A DNA stretch of 64,000 nt from a virus. Location: IMG/VR virus record IMGVR_UViG_3300045988_098233, positions 6,748 through 70,747 of that record; one strand, 5' to 3'. Under the pieces are notes generated by a model. It ran no database searches. It was not told where the DNA came from and was given only the letters and a program-made list of their open reading frames with translations. Shown here one piece after another: positions 28,499 through 37,677 of the stretch (positions within the stretch are counted from its first letter, which is position 1; the number at the start of each line of letters is the position of its first letter). A program made the translations under genes and the position numbers.

Positions 28499-28722
28499 GG
28501 TGTTTTCCTTTCTCCGGGCGGTAAACATCACCCCGGTTCCACGCTTTTGTGGCGCAGTTCAGGCCGTGATACGGTCTGGTCCGCGCCCCGCAGGAAGCGC
28601 ACACCACGGCGAAGTCAAAGGGTGGCACCGCGTCCTCCATCCGCTCCCCACTGTACATTCCGCACAGGGCGCACGGTCCCAGTGCCCGGTGTTCCCCCGC
28701 TCTCCGATTTCCCCTGTTCACA
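28485..28722 (-). CDS. second Lar-like zinc-ribbon protein
   Basis: GTG start overlapping the upstream stop (GTGA). CALCG...CASCGA...ATKAWNRG. Confidence 0.4.
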
Positions 28723-28915
28723 GCGTACCGCCTCCCAGTATGACCTTCGACAAAAGAACCGCCAGCAGCAGTAAAAAGCAAATTCCGCCGATCATGGCGG
28801 AGGTGTCCGCCCGCTCCCGCCGCCGCTGCTCTCTGGTCTTGCGGTTCTTCTCCGCCCGCCGCCGTTCCATCTCCCAGTAGGCTTCCTGTTCCCAGTAATC
28901 GTTGCTGTGCTTCAT
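28718..28915 (-). CDS. small tail-anchored membrane protein
   Basis: Start trimmed to MKHSNDYW. C-terminal TM IGGICFLLLLAVLL. Confidence 0.45.
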   Translation of the reverse strand: MKHSNDYWEQEAYWEMERRRAEKNRKTREQRRRERADTSAMIGGICFLLLLAVLLSKVILGGGTL

Positions 28916-29295
28916 GTCCCGCTCCTTTCGTGTCTGGCCGTTCTTGGGGCCTCCCTCCGCAGCTTTCGTTTGCACCGACTTAGAAAATCCGCGTCCATAT
29001 GCATCTCCCGACAAATGTCCGCCGGGTCTGTCCGTGCTTCCAGCAACTCCCGCAGCTTCTGCATTTCCGCTTCCCGTAGAAGGGGCGGCCGGCCGCCGCG
29101 GCTGGTAGTCCGACCTCCGCCCGCGCAGTTCACGCATTCCGCATAGGGGCAGTGGTTCAGGCAGTAGTCGATCTGGCTCTGCCGGTCATGGGTGCATATC
29201 TCGATCCGGTCTTTCCCGTCTGCGCTGTCCCATGGCAGCACAGCCCGCACGATCATAGTTACGGTCTCCACCGGGCATATCTCCTTTCCGTTCAT
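28912..29295 (-). CDS. hypothetical Cys-rich protein
   Basis: Start trimmed to MNGKEICP. Confidence 0.45.
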   Translation of the reverse strand: MNGKEICPVETVTMIVRAVLPWDSADGKDRIEICTHDRQSQIDYCLNHCPYAECVNCAGGGRTTSRGGRPPLLREAEMQKLRELLEARTDPADICREMHMDADFLSRCKRKLRREAPRTARHERSGT

Positions 29296-29813
29296 ACCTC
29301 CCGCACGGTGATGTGCTTCATGTCCTGCATCAGTTTCACCTTCATGCGGTAGGTCTTGTCTTTTTTCGTGGAAGGGCCTTTTACGTCCTCCACAACCAGA
29401 TGCCATGTGCCGTCCTTCCCCCGCTCCTCGTAGGAGAAGTCCGCCCGATACGTCACGGCGCGGCTTCGGTCGCCGTTGGCCGTGATGTAGCTTTCCTTCA
29501 GCGTGAATTGGGGTTGGAGCCGCAGATCCCGGATGGCCCCGGCCTTGCTGAGCAGTACCAGCTCGTCATACCGTGCCGCCTCCTTGCGGCTGTCAAAGGT
29601 GTGCTCCGTTCCGTTGGGCAGGGTTCGGGCGGTGGGGTGGTTGTGGTGCTTGCGCTTGATCTCTGCCGCCGCTTCCGCCTTCCCCTTCTCCTCCGTCACG
29701 AACCGGGCCATCACCCTGGCCGTCCGGTCGATCTGCTGGGTCTGCATCTGTTGCTGTACCTGCTTCCGGTATCGCTCCGGCAGACTGTTCAGATCCTCCA
29801 AACAAACGCTCAT
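29292..29813 (-). CDS. DUF1064-family protein (putative nuclease/resolvase fold)
   Basis: 173 aa. C-terminal FDSRKEAARYDELVLL...YRADFSY...VEDVKG pattern typical of DUF1064. Confidence 0.55.
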   Translation of the reverse strand: MSVCLEDLNSLPERYRKQVQQQMQTQQIDRTARVMARFVTEEKGKAEAAAEIKRKHHNHPTARTLPNGTEHTFDSRKEAARYDELVLLSKAGAIRDLRLQPQFTLKESYITANGDRSRAVTYRADFSYEERGKDGTWHLVVEDVKGPSTKKDKTYRMKVKLMQDMKHITVREV

Positions 29814-30088
29814 CGCTTTTCCTCCTGATACTTCGGGCAGTCCAAAACCTGCACCCGCTCCACCACTCCGTCCCGATCCATGCGGGATCTCCGCCGGACC
29901 TTCCAGCCGGGAACGTCCTCAAAGCGGACCTTTCCGCTTTTTTCGTCCACCCGGCTCCATTCACACTGCCCATAGGCCAGCTTGCAGGACCAACACTTGT
30001 GCAGACTGTTGGAGGGGTCCTCCTTCTCCGCCTTCGTGCTGTATCTCCGCATACAGCTTGCCAGCGTAAAATTACCTGCCATCCCCAT
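29810..30088 (-). CDS. hypothetical protein
   Basis: 92-aa ORF. Confidence 0.45.
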   Translation of the reverse strand: MGMAGNFTLASCMRRYSTKAEKEDPSNSLHKCWSCKLAYGQCEWSRVDEKSGKVRFEDVPGWKVRRRSRMDRDGVVERVQVLDCPKYQEEKR

Positions 30089-30773
30089 CGGCCTTTCCCC
30101 GGAGATAGGCCATCACCTCATCCCGGCTGCGCCGCTGGGGCCGTACTGCATCCTTGAACCATTCCGGCGGCTTCACCGCCTCGGCTTCCGGTTTTGCTTC
30201 CGCCGCCGGCAGGGGCTTCTTCTCAGGCGCCGCCAGCTTCTCCGGCTCCGGCCCGGTGGCGATGCGCTGTACCAGCGCCCGAACCTCCGCAGGCAGGGCG
30301 TTGATCTCCTTCTCCCGGGCGGAAATAGCCCGGTAGCTGCGCTGGAAGTTGCTGGACACCACGCTATGCACCGTCTCCGTGTCCATCCGCGCCCACTCCC
30401 GCAGGGTGTTGGGACTGCCCACGATCCGCCGCACGATAGGTGGGAACTTCTCAAATTCCTCCTCCGCACCGTACAAGCCGTTGCGGATGGCTCTTGCCAC
30501 CAGACCCCACGCCTCTGCCTCCGTCATTTCCGGTTTTGCCGTCAGCAGGCGAAGTTTGGCCTTTACCTGCCCGATGGTGGGCGGGAAGCCCTTTTCGTCG
30601 CTTTCGATTACGCTTTTTACCGCCGCCGCCACCAGTGCCACCTCGTCATGGGCAAACATATCCGCCCACAGTTTGATGGCGTTGCGCATATCCGGCCCGG
30701 TGGTGCTGCTGTAAAACCGGGGATAGGCCGCCGTCAGAATATCCATGATGATGCCTGTCTCCTGTCTGGTCAT
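30072..30773 (-). CDS. putative helicase loader (SPP1 G39P-like)
   Basis: Start trimmed to MTRQETGIIMDILTAAYPRF (ATGA overlap). Position after the replisome organiser. Confidence 0.45.
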   Translation of the reverse strand: MTRQETGIIMDILTAAYPRFYSSTTGPDMRNAIKLWADMFAHDEVALVAAAVKSVIESDEKGFPPTIGQVKAKLRLLTAKPEMTEAEAWGLVARAIRNGLYGAEEEFEKFPPIVRRIVGSPNTLREWARMDTETVHSVVSSNFQRSYRAISAREKEINALPAEVRALVQRIATGPEPEKLAAPEKKPLPAAEAKPEAEAVKPPEWFKDAVRPQRRSRDEVMAYLRGKADGDGR

Positions 30774-31639
30774 GTTGTGCGGCCCTCCTCCGCGTCCATC
30801 TCCGCCGCCAGCTCCGTCCAGCTTTTCCGGGGCTTGTCCGTCCGGGATGCCGCCGGGGCGGACTTTCCTTTCCCGCTGTCCCGGCCCTCCCATGTGAGGA
30901 ACTTCTGCTTCCAGTTCTTCACCGGATTCCCCTTGCTGTCCCGCCACGAGCGGCCCTGCGCGTCCGGGGTGTTAAAATACTCAAAAAACCGACGGGGGTC
31001 CACCGTGCTCTGCCGGGACGCGGCGTAGGCTTCCACCTCTTCCAGCGTGGGCGGTACGAATTTCACCGCCGTCCGCTTTCCGCTCTCCGGTGCCTTTGGC
31101 TCACTGGGGGCACCGCCCCCCATATCTTCTGAATGTAATGAAGAAGATATATCTTCTATATCTACTTCTCTTTCTTCTTCTGAAACAGCGACAGGTAGCG
31201 ACTGGTCGGCATGGCGGTCGAGCGATGTGTCAGACGATTTTTCAATCAGCCGCTTTTGGCTTGCCCGCCGCTTCGCCTGATAAATCCGGTCCCGCTCCTT
31301 CTTTTTCTCGTAAGAATCTAACGTCTGGTGCTTCCCCCAATTTGGGATCGTGATCACATCGTCTACAATCTCGATCATGTCGAACTGCTCAAAGGTCCGA
31401 AGGGCCATCCGTACAAGGCCAATGTCCCGCCGGAAGATGGACGCCAGCATTTCATCCGTGTACGCAATGCGGTTGTTCAGAATAAACACGCCGCTGTTGT
31501 TCTGCTTCCCGGCCAGCACCAGCAATTTGAACCAGATCACGATGATGCTGTCCGCACTTGGCATGGATTCGATCATCAAAACCTTTTCATCGTCAAAAAT
31601 GTCCGTGGTAATCTTGATCCACTTCACGTCACTTGCCAT
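30770..31639 (-). CDS. phage replisome organiser (Phage_rep_org_N) with DnaD-like C-domain
   Basis: MASDVKWIKITTDIFDDEKVLMIESMPSADSIIVIWFKLLVLAGKQNNSG... is the characteristic N-domain. Confidence 0.75.
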   Translation of the reverse strand: MASDVKWIKITTDIFDDEKVLMIESMPSADSIIVIWFKLLVLAGKQNNSGVFILNNRIAYTDEMLASIFRRDIGLVRMALRTFEQFDMIEIVDDVITIPNWGKHQTLDSYEKKKERDRIYQAKRRASQKRLIEKSSDTSLDRHADQSLPVAVSEEEREVDIEDISSSLHSEDMGGGAPSEPKAPESGKRTAVKFVPPTLEEVEAYAASRQSTVDPRRFFEYFNTPDAQGRSWRDSKGNPVKNWKQKFLTWEGRDSGKGKSAPAASRTDKPRKSWTELAAEMDAEEGRTT

Positions 31640-31657
31640 GGCTTCGCTTCATCCTTC

Positions 31658-32158
31658 CTAAATCTGCGGTACATAATCGTAGGGTTCGTCCTCTTCGGGC
31701 TGTTCCCACGGCAAAACGGCGTCCTCATGACTGTCAAGGGAACCCGCCTGACTGCCGCTGTGTTCCATGGGCTTCGCCGGTTCGGAGACGGGCGTTTTCC
31801 CGCTTCCAGCCGCCAGCAGTTCCAGCACCGCTCCCATCACCGCCTGAGGAGCCACAAACTCCGCGTGAAGCTCGCTCCACTCCTTCTGTTCCCCGTCACG
31901 GGTGGTGTAGCTCCGGGTTTTCCACACGCCGCACACCAGAACGGCATCTCCCTTGTCCAGACACGCCGCCATGCGGGTCACGTCATCGTCCCCCACGGCG
32001 GACACGTTCATGAACTCGCCCTTGGCGTACTTCATGCCAAATTCCGCCTTCGGCGTTCCCTTGGCTGTGGTTCCGGTTTTGACTTCACGGGTGACGGTGC
32101 CGGCACACATCATGTACCGGCTCCCGTCCTCCTCCCGCGTCTTAATGGAGATCAGCAT
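31658..32158 (-). CDS. ssb: single-stranded DNA-binding protein (divergent)
   Basis: 166 aa. OB-fold-like N-part, acidic C-terminal tip EEDEPYDYVPQI. Position next to RecT. Confidence 0.5.
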   Translation of the reverse strand: MLISIKTREEDGSRYMMCAGTVTREVKTGTTAKGTPKAEFGMKYAKGEFMNVSAVGDDDVTRMAACLDKGDAVLVCGVWKTRSYTTRDGEQKEWSELHAEFVAPQAVMGAVLELLAAGSGKTPVSEPAKPMEHSGSQAGSLDSHEDAVLPWEQPEEDEPYDYVPQI

Positions 32159-32169
32159 GTCTCCTCACC

Positions 32170-33162
32170 TCATTCCCCAAAGAAGGTGGCCGCATAGTCC
32201 ATGCCCTCGTCCTGCGCCTTCTGAGTGGCCTCTGCGGTCTTTTCGACCTTGGGGGGTGTAACCATACCGGATTCGCTCTCCACAGTCTCCTGATGGGCTT
32301 CCACAGCCGCAGGCGCGGTCTCCACCACCTCTCCGGTAGATGCCACCGTGCGCTCCGGCATAGGCATATCCGGGATCATGCCCTCGTCCTCGGCGCTGGC
32401 TTCCTCCATGAGCTGGACCTTGACCTCCGGGGACAGGGGCGCGTAGCCGCTGTTCAGCAGCTGCCGCAGAATCGTCTTGCGGCACATCCGGTCCTGCCCA
32501 CCGTTGGGATCGTACCAGGGGGAACCGTTCAGCAGTTTTTCCACGTCCTTGGGGTTCATTTCCCCGCTCTGCATGGCCTTGAACTTCTCATAGCTGAACG
32601 CCTTGGAGTACCGGTCCGCATGGCGCAGGAGCCGGTCCATGGGCCAGTATTCAAAGCGGAAAGTGCCGTCCTTCAGCTCGTAGTAGCCGTAGTAGCCGAT
32701 AATGGGCTTGCTCTGCCGTTCCTCGTCGCTCTCGTACTTGGCAAGGTTCACGATGGGCTTACCGGTCCGACGGCTCCGCCCCTCGATCTCGCCCTCACGA
32801 ATGTCCGTGCAGTCAATGTCTGCATAAAACCCGGTGGACATGGCAAGCTGGATGTAGCCCTTGTAGCCCAAAATGTACGTTGCAGTAGTCCCATAGGGCA
32901 CCACATAGTAGCCGTGGCCGAAGATCAGGCCCATGCCCTCGCCCCGAAGCGCCGCCGCCACAATGGTGCTGGGTTCACAGTTTTTCAGCTGTTCACTGGC
33001 ATTCACGGCGGAGATCAGCGTGGAGGTCAGCCGCGCCGCCGCCTTGTCGCTCCGCAGAGCGCTCTGGATCATCTTCTGCATACTGGGGGCCGCGATAGCC
33101 ATGGAAAACGTGGGCTTGTTGTCCCGTTGGGCCTGGGGCGCAAAGCTGTTTGTTGCCTTCAT
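32170..33162 (-). CDS. recT: RecT-family single-strand annealing protein
   Basis: 330 aa. RecT pattern (ISAVNASEQLKNCEPSTIVAAALRGEGMGL...GYYVVPYG...GYKGYIQL). Confidence 0.8.
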   Translation of the reverse strand: MKATNSFAPQAQRDNKPTFSMAIAAPSMQKMIQSALRSDKAAARLTSTLISAVNASEQLKNCEPSTIVAAALRGEGMGLIFGHGYYVVPYGTTATYILGYKGYIQLAMSTGFYADIDCTDIREGEIEGRSRRTGKPIVNLAKYESDEERQSKPIIGYYGYYELKDGTFRFEYWPMDRLLRHADRYSKAFSYEKFKAMQSGEMNPKDVEKLLNGSPWYDPNGGQDRMCRKTILRQLLNSGYAPLSPEVKVQLMEEASAEDEGMIPDMPMPERTVASTGEVVETAPAAVEAHQETVESESGMVTPPKVEKTAEATQKAQDEGMDYAATFFGE

Positions 33163-33181
33163 GTCAAAATTCCTCCCTTAT

Positions 33182-34099
33182 TCAGTCCGCGCGGCCAAAG
33201 GCAATGCCGTTGGCCAGCATATAATCCCGCAGTCCGTTCAGCTGCTCCACAGTGCCTGTCACCCGGAACGAAAGCGTAATGAGAGGCGGTTCCATTGCGG
33301 CTTTCACCGCCGCTTTTACCGGCTCCGAAACGGACGGGCTTGTCTGAATGGCTCTGGCCGCTTCCACGACGGCCTGCAACCGCTCCGCTTTGGCGGCTTC
33401 CTCCGCCGCCCGCGCAGCCTCGGCCTGCTGTCTGCGCTGTTCCTGTTCCGCCTTCCGCTGTTCCTCGATCTCCTTCACCCGCTTGAGCGCCTGATCCTTT
33501 TTCAGCACCGTGGGCAGATCGTGACACTGCTTGTACTCTTCCAGCAAGGTTGTCTCGAACTCGCTGTTCAGCCCGCGGATGGCGGCAATACTGCTGTCGC
33601 ACTTGCTGATCGCCACTAAAATGTCCTTGTGGGCCTGTTCCTCGGAATAGGTGGCGTTGCCCCACCGCTTGTCCAGAACCGCTTCCCACGGGAGAAATTC
33701 CGCAAGCTCTCCGATGCGCTCATCAAAAAAGGTCCGGATAGCGTCCAGCTTCTCCGTGCGGCGCCGCTCGTCGAAGGCTTTGATCTGGCCGTCCAGATTG
33801 GCGGCAGATTCGTCGCACAGGGCTGTCAGTGCCTTGCACTTCCCCTCAAAGGGTGCGTAGCTTGCCAGCGCCGCCGCCTTTGCCATCTTGCGGCACTCGT
33901 CGATGCGTGCGGCCACGGAGCGGATGCTGGCCCGGTACTTCTTTGCCGCGCCGATAGCCTCCTCCGTCACCACCATGCCCCGGTATGGAGCCAGATTCTC
34001 TTCCAGCCACTCCTGACACTCCGCAAAGTTGGCGGAGATGTTAAACTCCTTCAGCGGAGTAAGATCCGTGGTAATGGCAAATTCCATTGCGCTGCTCAT
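33182..34099 (-). CDS. DUF1351-family protein
   Basis: 305 aa, coiled-coil, typical partner of RecT in siphophage early regions. Confidence 0.55.
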   Translation of the reverse strand: MSSAMEFAITTDLTPLKEFNISANFAECQEWLEENLAPYRGMVVTEEAIGAAKKYRASIRSVAARIDECRKMAKAAALASYAPFEGKCKALTALCDESAANLDGQIKAFDERRRTEKLDAIRTFFDERIGELAEFLPWEAVLDKRWGNATYSEEQAHKDILVAISKCDSSIAAIRGLNSEFETTLLEEYKQCHDLPTVLKKDQALKRVKEIEEQRKAEQEQRRQQAEAARAAEEAAKAERLQAVVEAARAIQTSPSVSEPVKAAVKAAMEPPLITLSFRVTGTVEQLNGLRDYMLANGIAFGRAD

Positions 34100-34344
34100 G
34101 CGTCCGCGTCCTCCTTTTCCCCGGTGTCATAGGCCGTGATCTCCTTCAGCAGCGGCATGATCCGCTCGTCCACACGGCTCTCCGGCACGTTGATCTCCAC
34201 CACCATGGCCCGCTTGTCTCCGCCCTGCGTGGGAGCCATCACCTTGTCCCCCACCGTCAGGGGCAGTGCCGTCCGGTAGGTAAATGCGTTCCCTGCGTAT
34301 GCCTTGTGCAGGGGCTTATAATAGCGAATGTTTACCAGCATCAT
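34096..34344 (-). CDS. hypothetical protein
   Basis: 82-aa ORF. Confidence 0.45.
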   Translation of the reverse strand: MMLVNIRYYKPLHKAYAGNAFTYRTALPLTVGDKVMAPTQGGDKRAMVVEINVPESRVDERIMPLLKEITAYDTGEKEDADA

Positions 34345-34625
34345 GCCTGCGCCTCCTTGTCATCGTCCTCTTCTGTGCAGGGAATGATCGACAGAAAAAG
34401 TGCCAAAACTGGGAATTTTCTGCAAATACGCTTGACCTCAAGCAATGTCCGGCGAATCAGATTCACCAGCACATTTGCGTTGGAGGTGGAAATGGCGCTG
34501 CATACCTGTGAATTCGCATCGTCCACAGCTACGCAGATAAACGCCGCAGGGGTTTTGTCCATCAAAACCTCGCCGGTTTTGATGTTCCTCACCGTGATGT
34601 GAACCTCGTTCTTTTCCATATTCAT
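34341..34625 (-). CDS. hypothetical protein
   Basis: 94-aa ORF. Confidence 0.45.
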   Translation of the reverse strand: MNMEKNEVHITVRNIKTGEVLMDKTPAAFICVAVDDANSQVCSAISTSNANVLVNLIRRTLLEVKRICRKFPVLALFLSIIPCTEEDDDKEAQA

Positions 34626-34664
34626 GTCTCCTCGTCTTTCTTAAATTTTTCGGAGTTGTGCGCC

Positions 34665-35312
34665 TTACAAAATCAAAGTCTGGGCGGGCATCGTCCCCGC
34701 CTCCACATGGTCCCAAAAGGCCGTCTCCTGTTCCAGCAGCCATTTCAGGTCCGCCTCGTGCTCCCGCCGCTCAAAGTCATAGCGGCGCAGTGTGATGTTG
34801 CCGGACAGATCATAGAGCGCCGCATAGAGCACGGCGAAGTCATACCCGGTGGCAAGCAGCTGGTGAAGGATCTGCGTGAAATAGTTCTCAGGAACCTGAT
34901 CCCGCCATTTCGCCCAGTCAATCCCCCGGCTCACCGTCGAGGTTTTGATCTCCAAAATACCCTTCCGTCCGGTGTCCGTCTCCGTCAGTTCTCCATCCAG
35001 CGTGGCAAAAAGCCATGGGCGGTCGCTCTGGTAGAGAATGTCATAGGCACCGTAGTAAAGCTCGTAGCCGGGATACTGGGCCATGAAGAAGTCCCGGATG
35101 GCCGGTTCCATTCGCCGCCCCAGCTCCACGGCCTCGTTGCCGCCGAGATCAGGCGCGGCTTGCGCCCCGGTTTTCTCCTTCCACAGCGTCAGCGCCGTTT
35201 TCCATGGGCTTCGCCCAATGGCCGCCGCCGCCTCGCTGCCGCCGATGCCACGGCACCGTCCTGTCAGCCATTGCGGCCGGTCCGGGAAAGTCAGTCGTAC
35301 CAACTCACCCAT
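34665..35312 (-). CDS. YqaJ-type viral recombinase exonuclease
   Basis: 215 aa. GIGGSEAAAAIGRSPWKTALTLWKEKTG N-motif and a PD-(D/E)XK core (LEIKT). Confidence 0.8.
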   Translation of the reverse strand: MGELVRLTFPDRPQWLTGRCRGIGGSEAAAAIGRSPWKTALTLWKEKTGAQAAPDLGGNEAVELGRRMEPAIRDFFMAQYPGYELYYGAYDILYQSDRPWLFATLDGELTETDTGRKGILEIKTSTVSRGIDWAKWRDQVPENYFTQILHQLLATGYDFAVLYAALYDLSGNITLRRYDFERREHEADLKWLLEQETAFWDHVEAGTMPAQTLIL

Positions 35313-36045
35313 TTTTCAGTTCCTCCCAATACCCCATCACGGTTCTGGCATAATCGCTGTGCCCCGGATGGCCGCTGTTGTAGGCCGTCAAGGCGTTCTC
35401 TACGTCATACCGGCTCAAAAGCTCCGCCATGTAGTCGCAGGCCACCCGGAAATTTCCAAAGGGGTCCATCAGGTCTGTGACCCCCAGCCGCTCCATCCGG
35501 GCCTTATGCCACCGGGGCTGTACCTGGCAGTAGCCCCAACTGGCTCCGCCGTCCCCCTTCACGTTCCGGTAGCCGGTCTCCTTGCGGATGATCGCCAGCA
35601 TCAGCGTGTACTCCACGCCGCTTTCCTCGCAGGCCGCCCGGAGATAGCTTTGCAGGTCTCCGTCCAGCGGAACATCCGCCCGGAAGTAGCCGCTGTCAAA
35701 CAGCGCCGCTTCGATCTTCTCGTTCTCGTAGTCCTCCTGAACCGGCGGGGCTGTCTCCGGATCCAGCTCCTGCCAGAGGACAAGTGAGGCGTACTCCACC
35801 GCCGGTGTCTCGTCCCCGGCCAGCCGTCCCGCCGTCACGGTGGGCGCCTCCGGCTCCGGCTTCCCGGTCTCCCGCGTCAGCCACAGTGCTGCCAGCACCA
35901 GCGCCACAGACACCCACAGCAGAACCGCTCTGCGGATGGCCTTCCGCCTCCGCTCCGCAGCTTCCCGCCGTGCCACGTGAAGGGCGTTTTCCAAGTGGGC
36001 TTCCCACGCGGCCTCCGCCTCGTATTCCTCAAAGGTTTTCATCAA
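35305..36045 (-). CDS. membrane-anchored lytic transglycosylase (SLT domain)
   Basis: 246 aa. N-terminal TM. SLT motif LMLAIIRKETGYRN...GYCQV. Confidence 0.75.
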   Translation of the reverse strand: MMKTFEEYEAEAAWEAHLENALHVARREAAERRRKAIRRAVLLWVSVALVLAALWLTRETGKPEPEAPTVTAGRLAGDETPAVEYASLVLWQELDPETAPPVQEDYENEKIEAALFDSGYFRADVPLDGDLQSYLRAACEESGVEYTLMLAIIRKETGYRNVKGDGGASWGYCQVQPRWHKARMERLGVTDLMDPFGNFRVACDYMAELLSRYDVENALTAYNSGHPGHSDYARTVMGYWEELKNG

Positions 36046-36064
36046 ATTTCCGTCTCCTTACAGC

Positions 36065-36168
36065 AAAAACAAAAAGCGCCGCCGAATAGACACCGGTCTC
36101 CCGGTTCCATCAGCAACGCTCTGCTCCTCTGCCCCAACGCTTAGGGACAGGCATCTCATTCACTTTTC
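36065..36168 (-). promoter_or_regulatory. conserved-loop hairpin (loop UAAGCGUU) plus intrinsic terminator, copy B
   Basis: Minus sense: GGAAAAGUGAAUGAGAUG, hairpin CUGUCCC-UAAGCGUU-GGGGCAG (36150-36129), AGGAGCAGAGCGUUGCUGA, long hairpin plus U-run (36120-36065). Confidence 0.55.
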
Positions 36169-36176
36169 CCATAGGC

Positions 36177-36317
36177 TTACTTGATCTCGTCCCGCCGGAC
36201 GCGGATTACCTTCACACCGTCCTTCACCGGGATCAGCTCCACCCGGTCTCCGTGGGCCAGTGCCTTTTCAATGGCTTCCAGCGTCTTGGCGCTGACATAC
36301 TTTGTTCCCTGTATCAT
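36177..36317 (-). CDS. small hypothetical protein
   Basis: Start trimmed to MIQGTKYV (AAAGGAG RBS). Confidence 0.45.
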   Translation of the reverse strand: MIQGTKYVSAKTLEAIEKALAHGDRVELIPVKDGVKVIRVRRDEIK

Positions 36318-36333
36318 GGTTTCCCGACTCCTT

Positions 36334-36573
36334 TCAGTAGCGGATGGCATCCCGCAGCTCCTCAATGGGAATGTCCAGCGCCCGCCCCAGCTTCAATAGT
36401 TCCTTCAGCGAAAAATCCTGCGGTGACTTCTTCCGCGACCGTAGGGTCTGCGGCGTCATGCCCGCTTTCTCCGCCATGGTGCCGATCGGCATCCCCATGG
36501 CGGCCTGTCTGCCCCACAGCAGAGAGATCAAAACCTCGTCATTGGGCTTCCGCCCCAGCTTTACCCGCGGCAT
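36334..36573 (-). CDS. small HTH protein
   Basis: 79 aa. MAEKAGMTPQTLRSRKK...LKLGRALDIPIEEL. Confidence 0.5.
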   Translation of the reverse strand: MPRVKLGRKPNDEVLISLLWGRQAAMGMPIGTMAEKAGMTPQTLRSRKKSPQDFSLKELLKLGRALDIPIEELRDAIRY

Positions 36574-36593
36574 CCCGCCGCCTCCTTTCGTGG

Positions 36594-36911
36594 TTAGTAA
36601 TCAACTGAATCAGGCTGATTGGTTCCATTCCTAAGTCCAGTTATATAGTTGCGAACCGCAATCGCCAACTCCAACAAGGAGTTGCACTTTAGGGCTGAAA
36701 CCTCACATGTGGCTTCAATCAGAATCTCTTCTGCCGAGTCATATTCCCCAATTCGAGCAAAAGTGGAGGCATCTGCCAACTTGCTTGCAACCTTGCCAAA
36801 CTTTGCAAACTGCTGTTCCAAGGTTAACCCATCAAACGCAGAACTCCAAAAAACGTTTATATCCTTATCTGCCATGGTTTGCCCCTCTGGTTTCACAGCT
36901 TTTTTCTCCAA
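36594..36911 (-). CDS. hypothetical protein
   Basis: 105-aa ORF. Confidence 0.45.
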   Translation of the reverse strand: MEKKAVKPEGQTMADKDINVFWSSAFDGLTLEQQFAKFGKVASKLADASTFARIGEYDSAEEILIEATCEVSALKCNSLLELAIAVRNYITGLRNGTNQPDSVDY

Positions 36912-37677
36912 GAAACTTGTTCACGAAATAGATCTGCGCTTTTGGGGTTACTTTGACGGTCTTGCTCACCGTCACCGTCCCGTCCGCATGGGTGATCGCC
37001 GTTTCCTTGATAGTGAAAAGGCCCATCTCCATACTCCGCTGCGTGGGCATATTGTAGTCCGAACCGGAGCGTCTAATGAGATACCCGTTTTCCCGCATCC
37101 AGCGGAACAATCTCGTCCCTCCAATGTCCACGCCGTTCTGCCGGAGCAGTTTTGCCAACTCCCCAACAAGGATAGAGGTGTTGGACGCCGCCACGCTGTC
37201 CGCAAACAACACTTTAGGCCGGTTCTCTTCCGCCTTGGCTTCCAGCACCCGGCGCTTCTGCCGTTCCTCCTTCAAGGTGGTCGCAAGCTGGATGATGTAG
37301 TCCGGGTCAGTCAGCGTCCGTTCGATCACGTCCGGCGTCATGTAGGCCCCATGTTTGCGGATGATGGGGATCACCTCATGCGTAATCCAATGCTTAAACT
37401 TCTTCGCATTCGGAAGTTTGCTGGACAATACCAGTGAATAAAGGCCGCTTTCATTGATAATCCATCCGCCGCGTTGCCCGAGGTTTAAATTCAAACTCGA
37501 TAACGATTCGTTATTGAGTTTATCTTCTGCATCCACATGGTCTGATAGCGCCTTGCTTGGATTTGCATATCCGAGAATTTCTGCCACATCCTTACCTACG
37601 AACCAAGGCTCCCCATCCATTTCAATGATCCTGATCTCCCCAAACTCCGGGTTATTGAAAATCTGCAATTCATTCAT
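36865..37677 (-). CDS. antirepressor (Bro-N plus KilAC domains)
   Basis: Start trimmed to MNELQIFNNPEFGEIRIIEMDGEPWFVGKDVAEILGY (Bro-N). The KilAC-like C-half contains VAASNTSILVGELAKLLRQNG. Confidence 0.8.
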   Translation of the reverse strand: MNELQIFNNPEFGEIRIIEMDGEPWFVGKDVAEILGYANPSKALSDHVDAEDKLNNESLSSLNLNLGQRGGWIINESGLYSLVLSSKLPNAKKFKHWITHEVIPIIRKHGAYMTPDVIERTLTDPDYIIQLATTLKEERQKRRVLEAKAEENRPKVLFADSVAASNTSILVGELAKLLRQNGVDIGGTRLFRWMRENGYLIRRSGSDYNMPTQRSMEMGLFTIKETAITHADGTVTVSKTVKVTPKAQIYFVNKFLGEKSCETRGANHGR

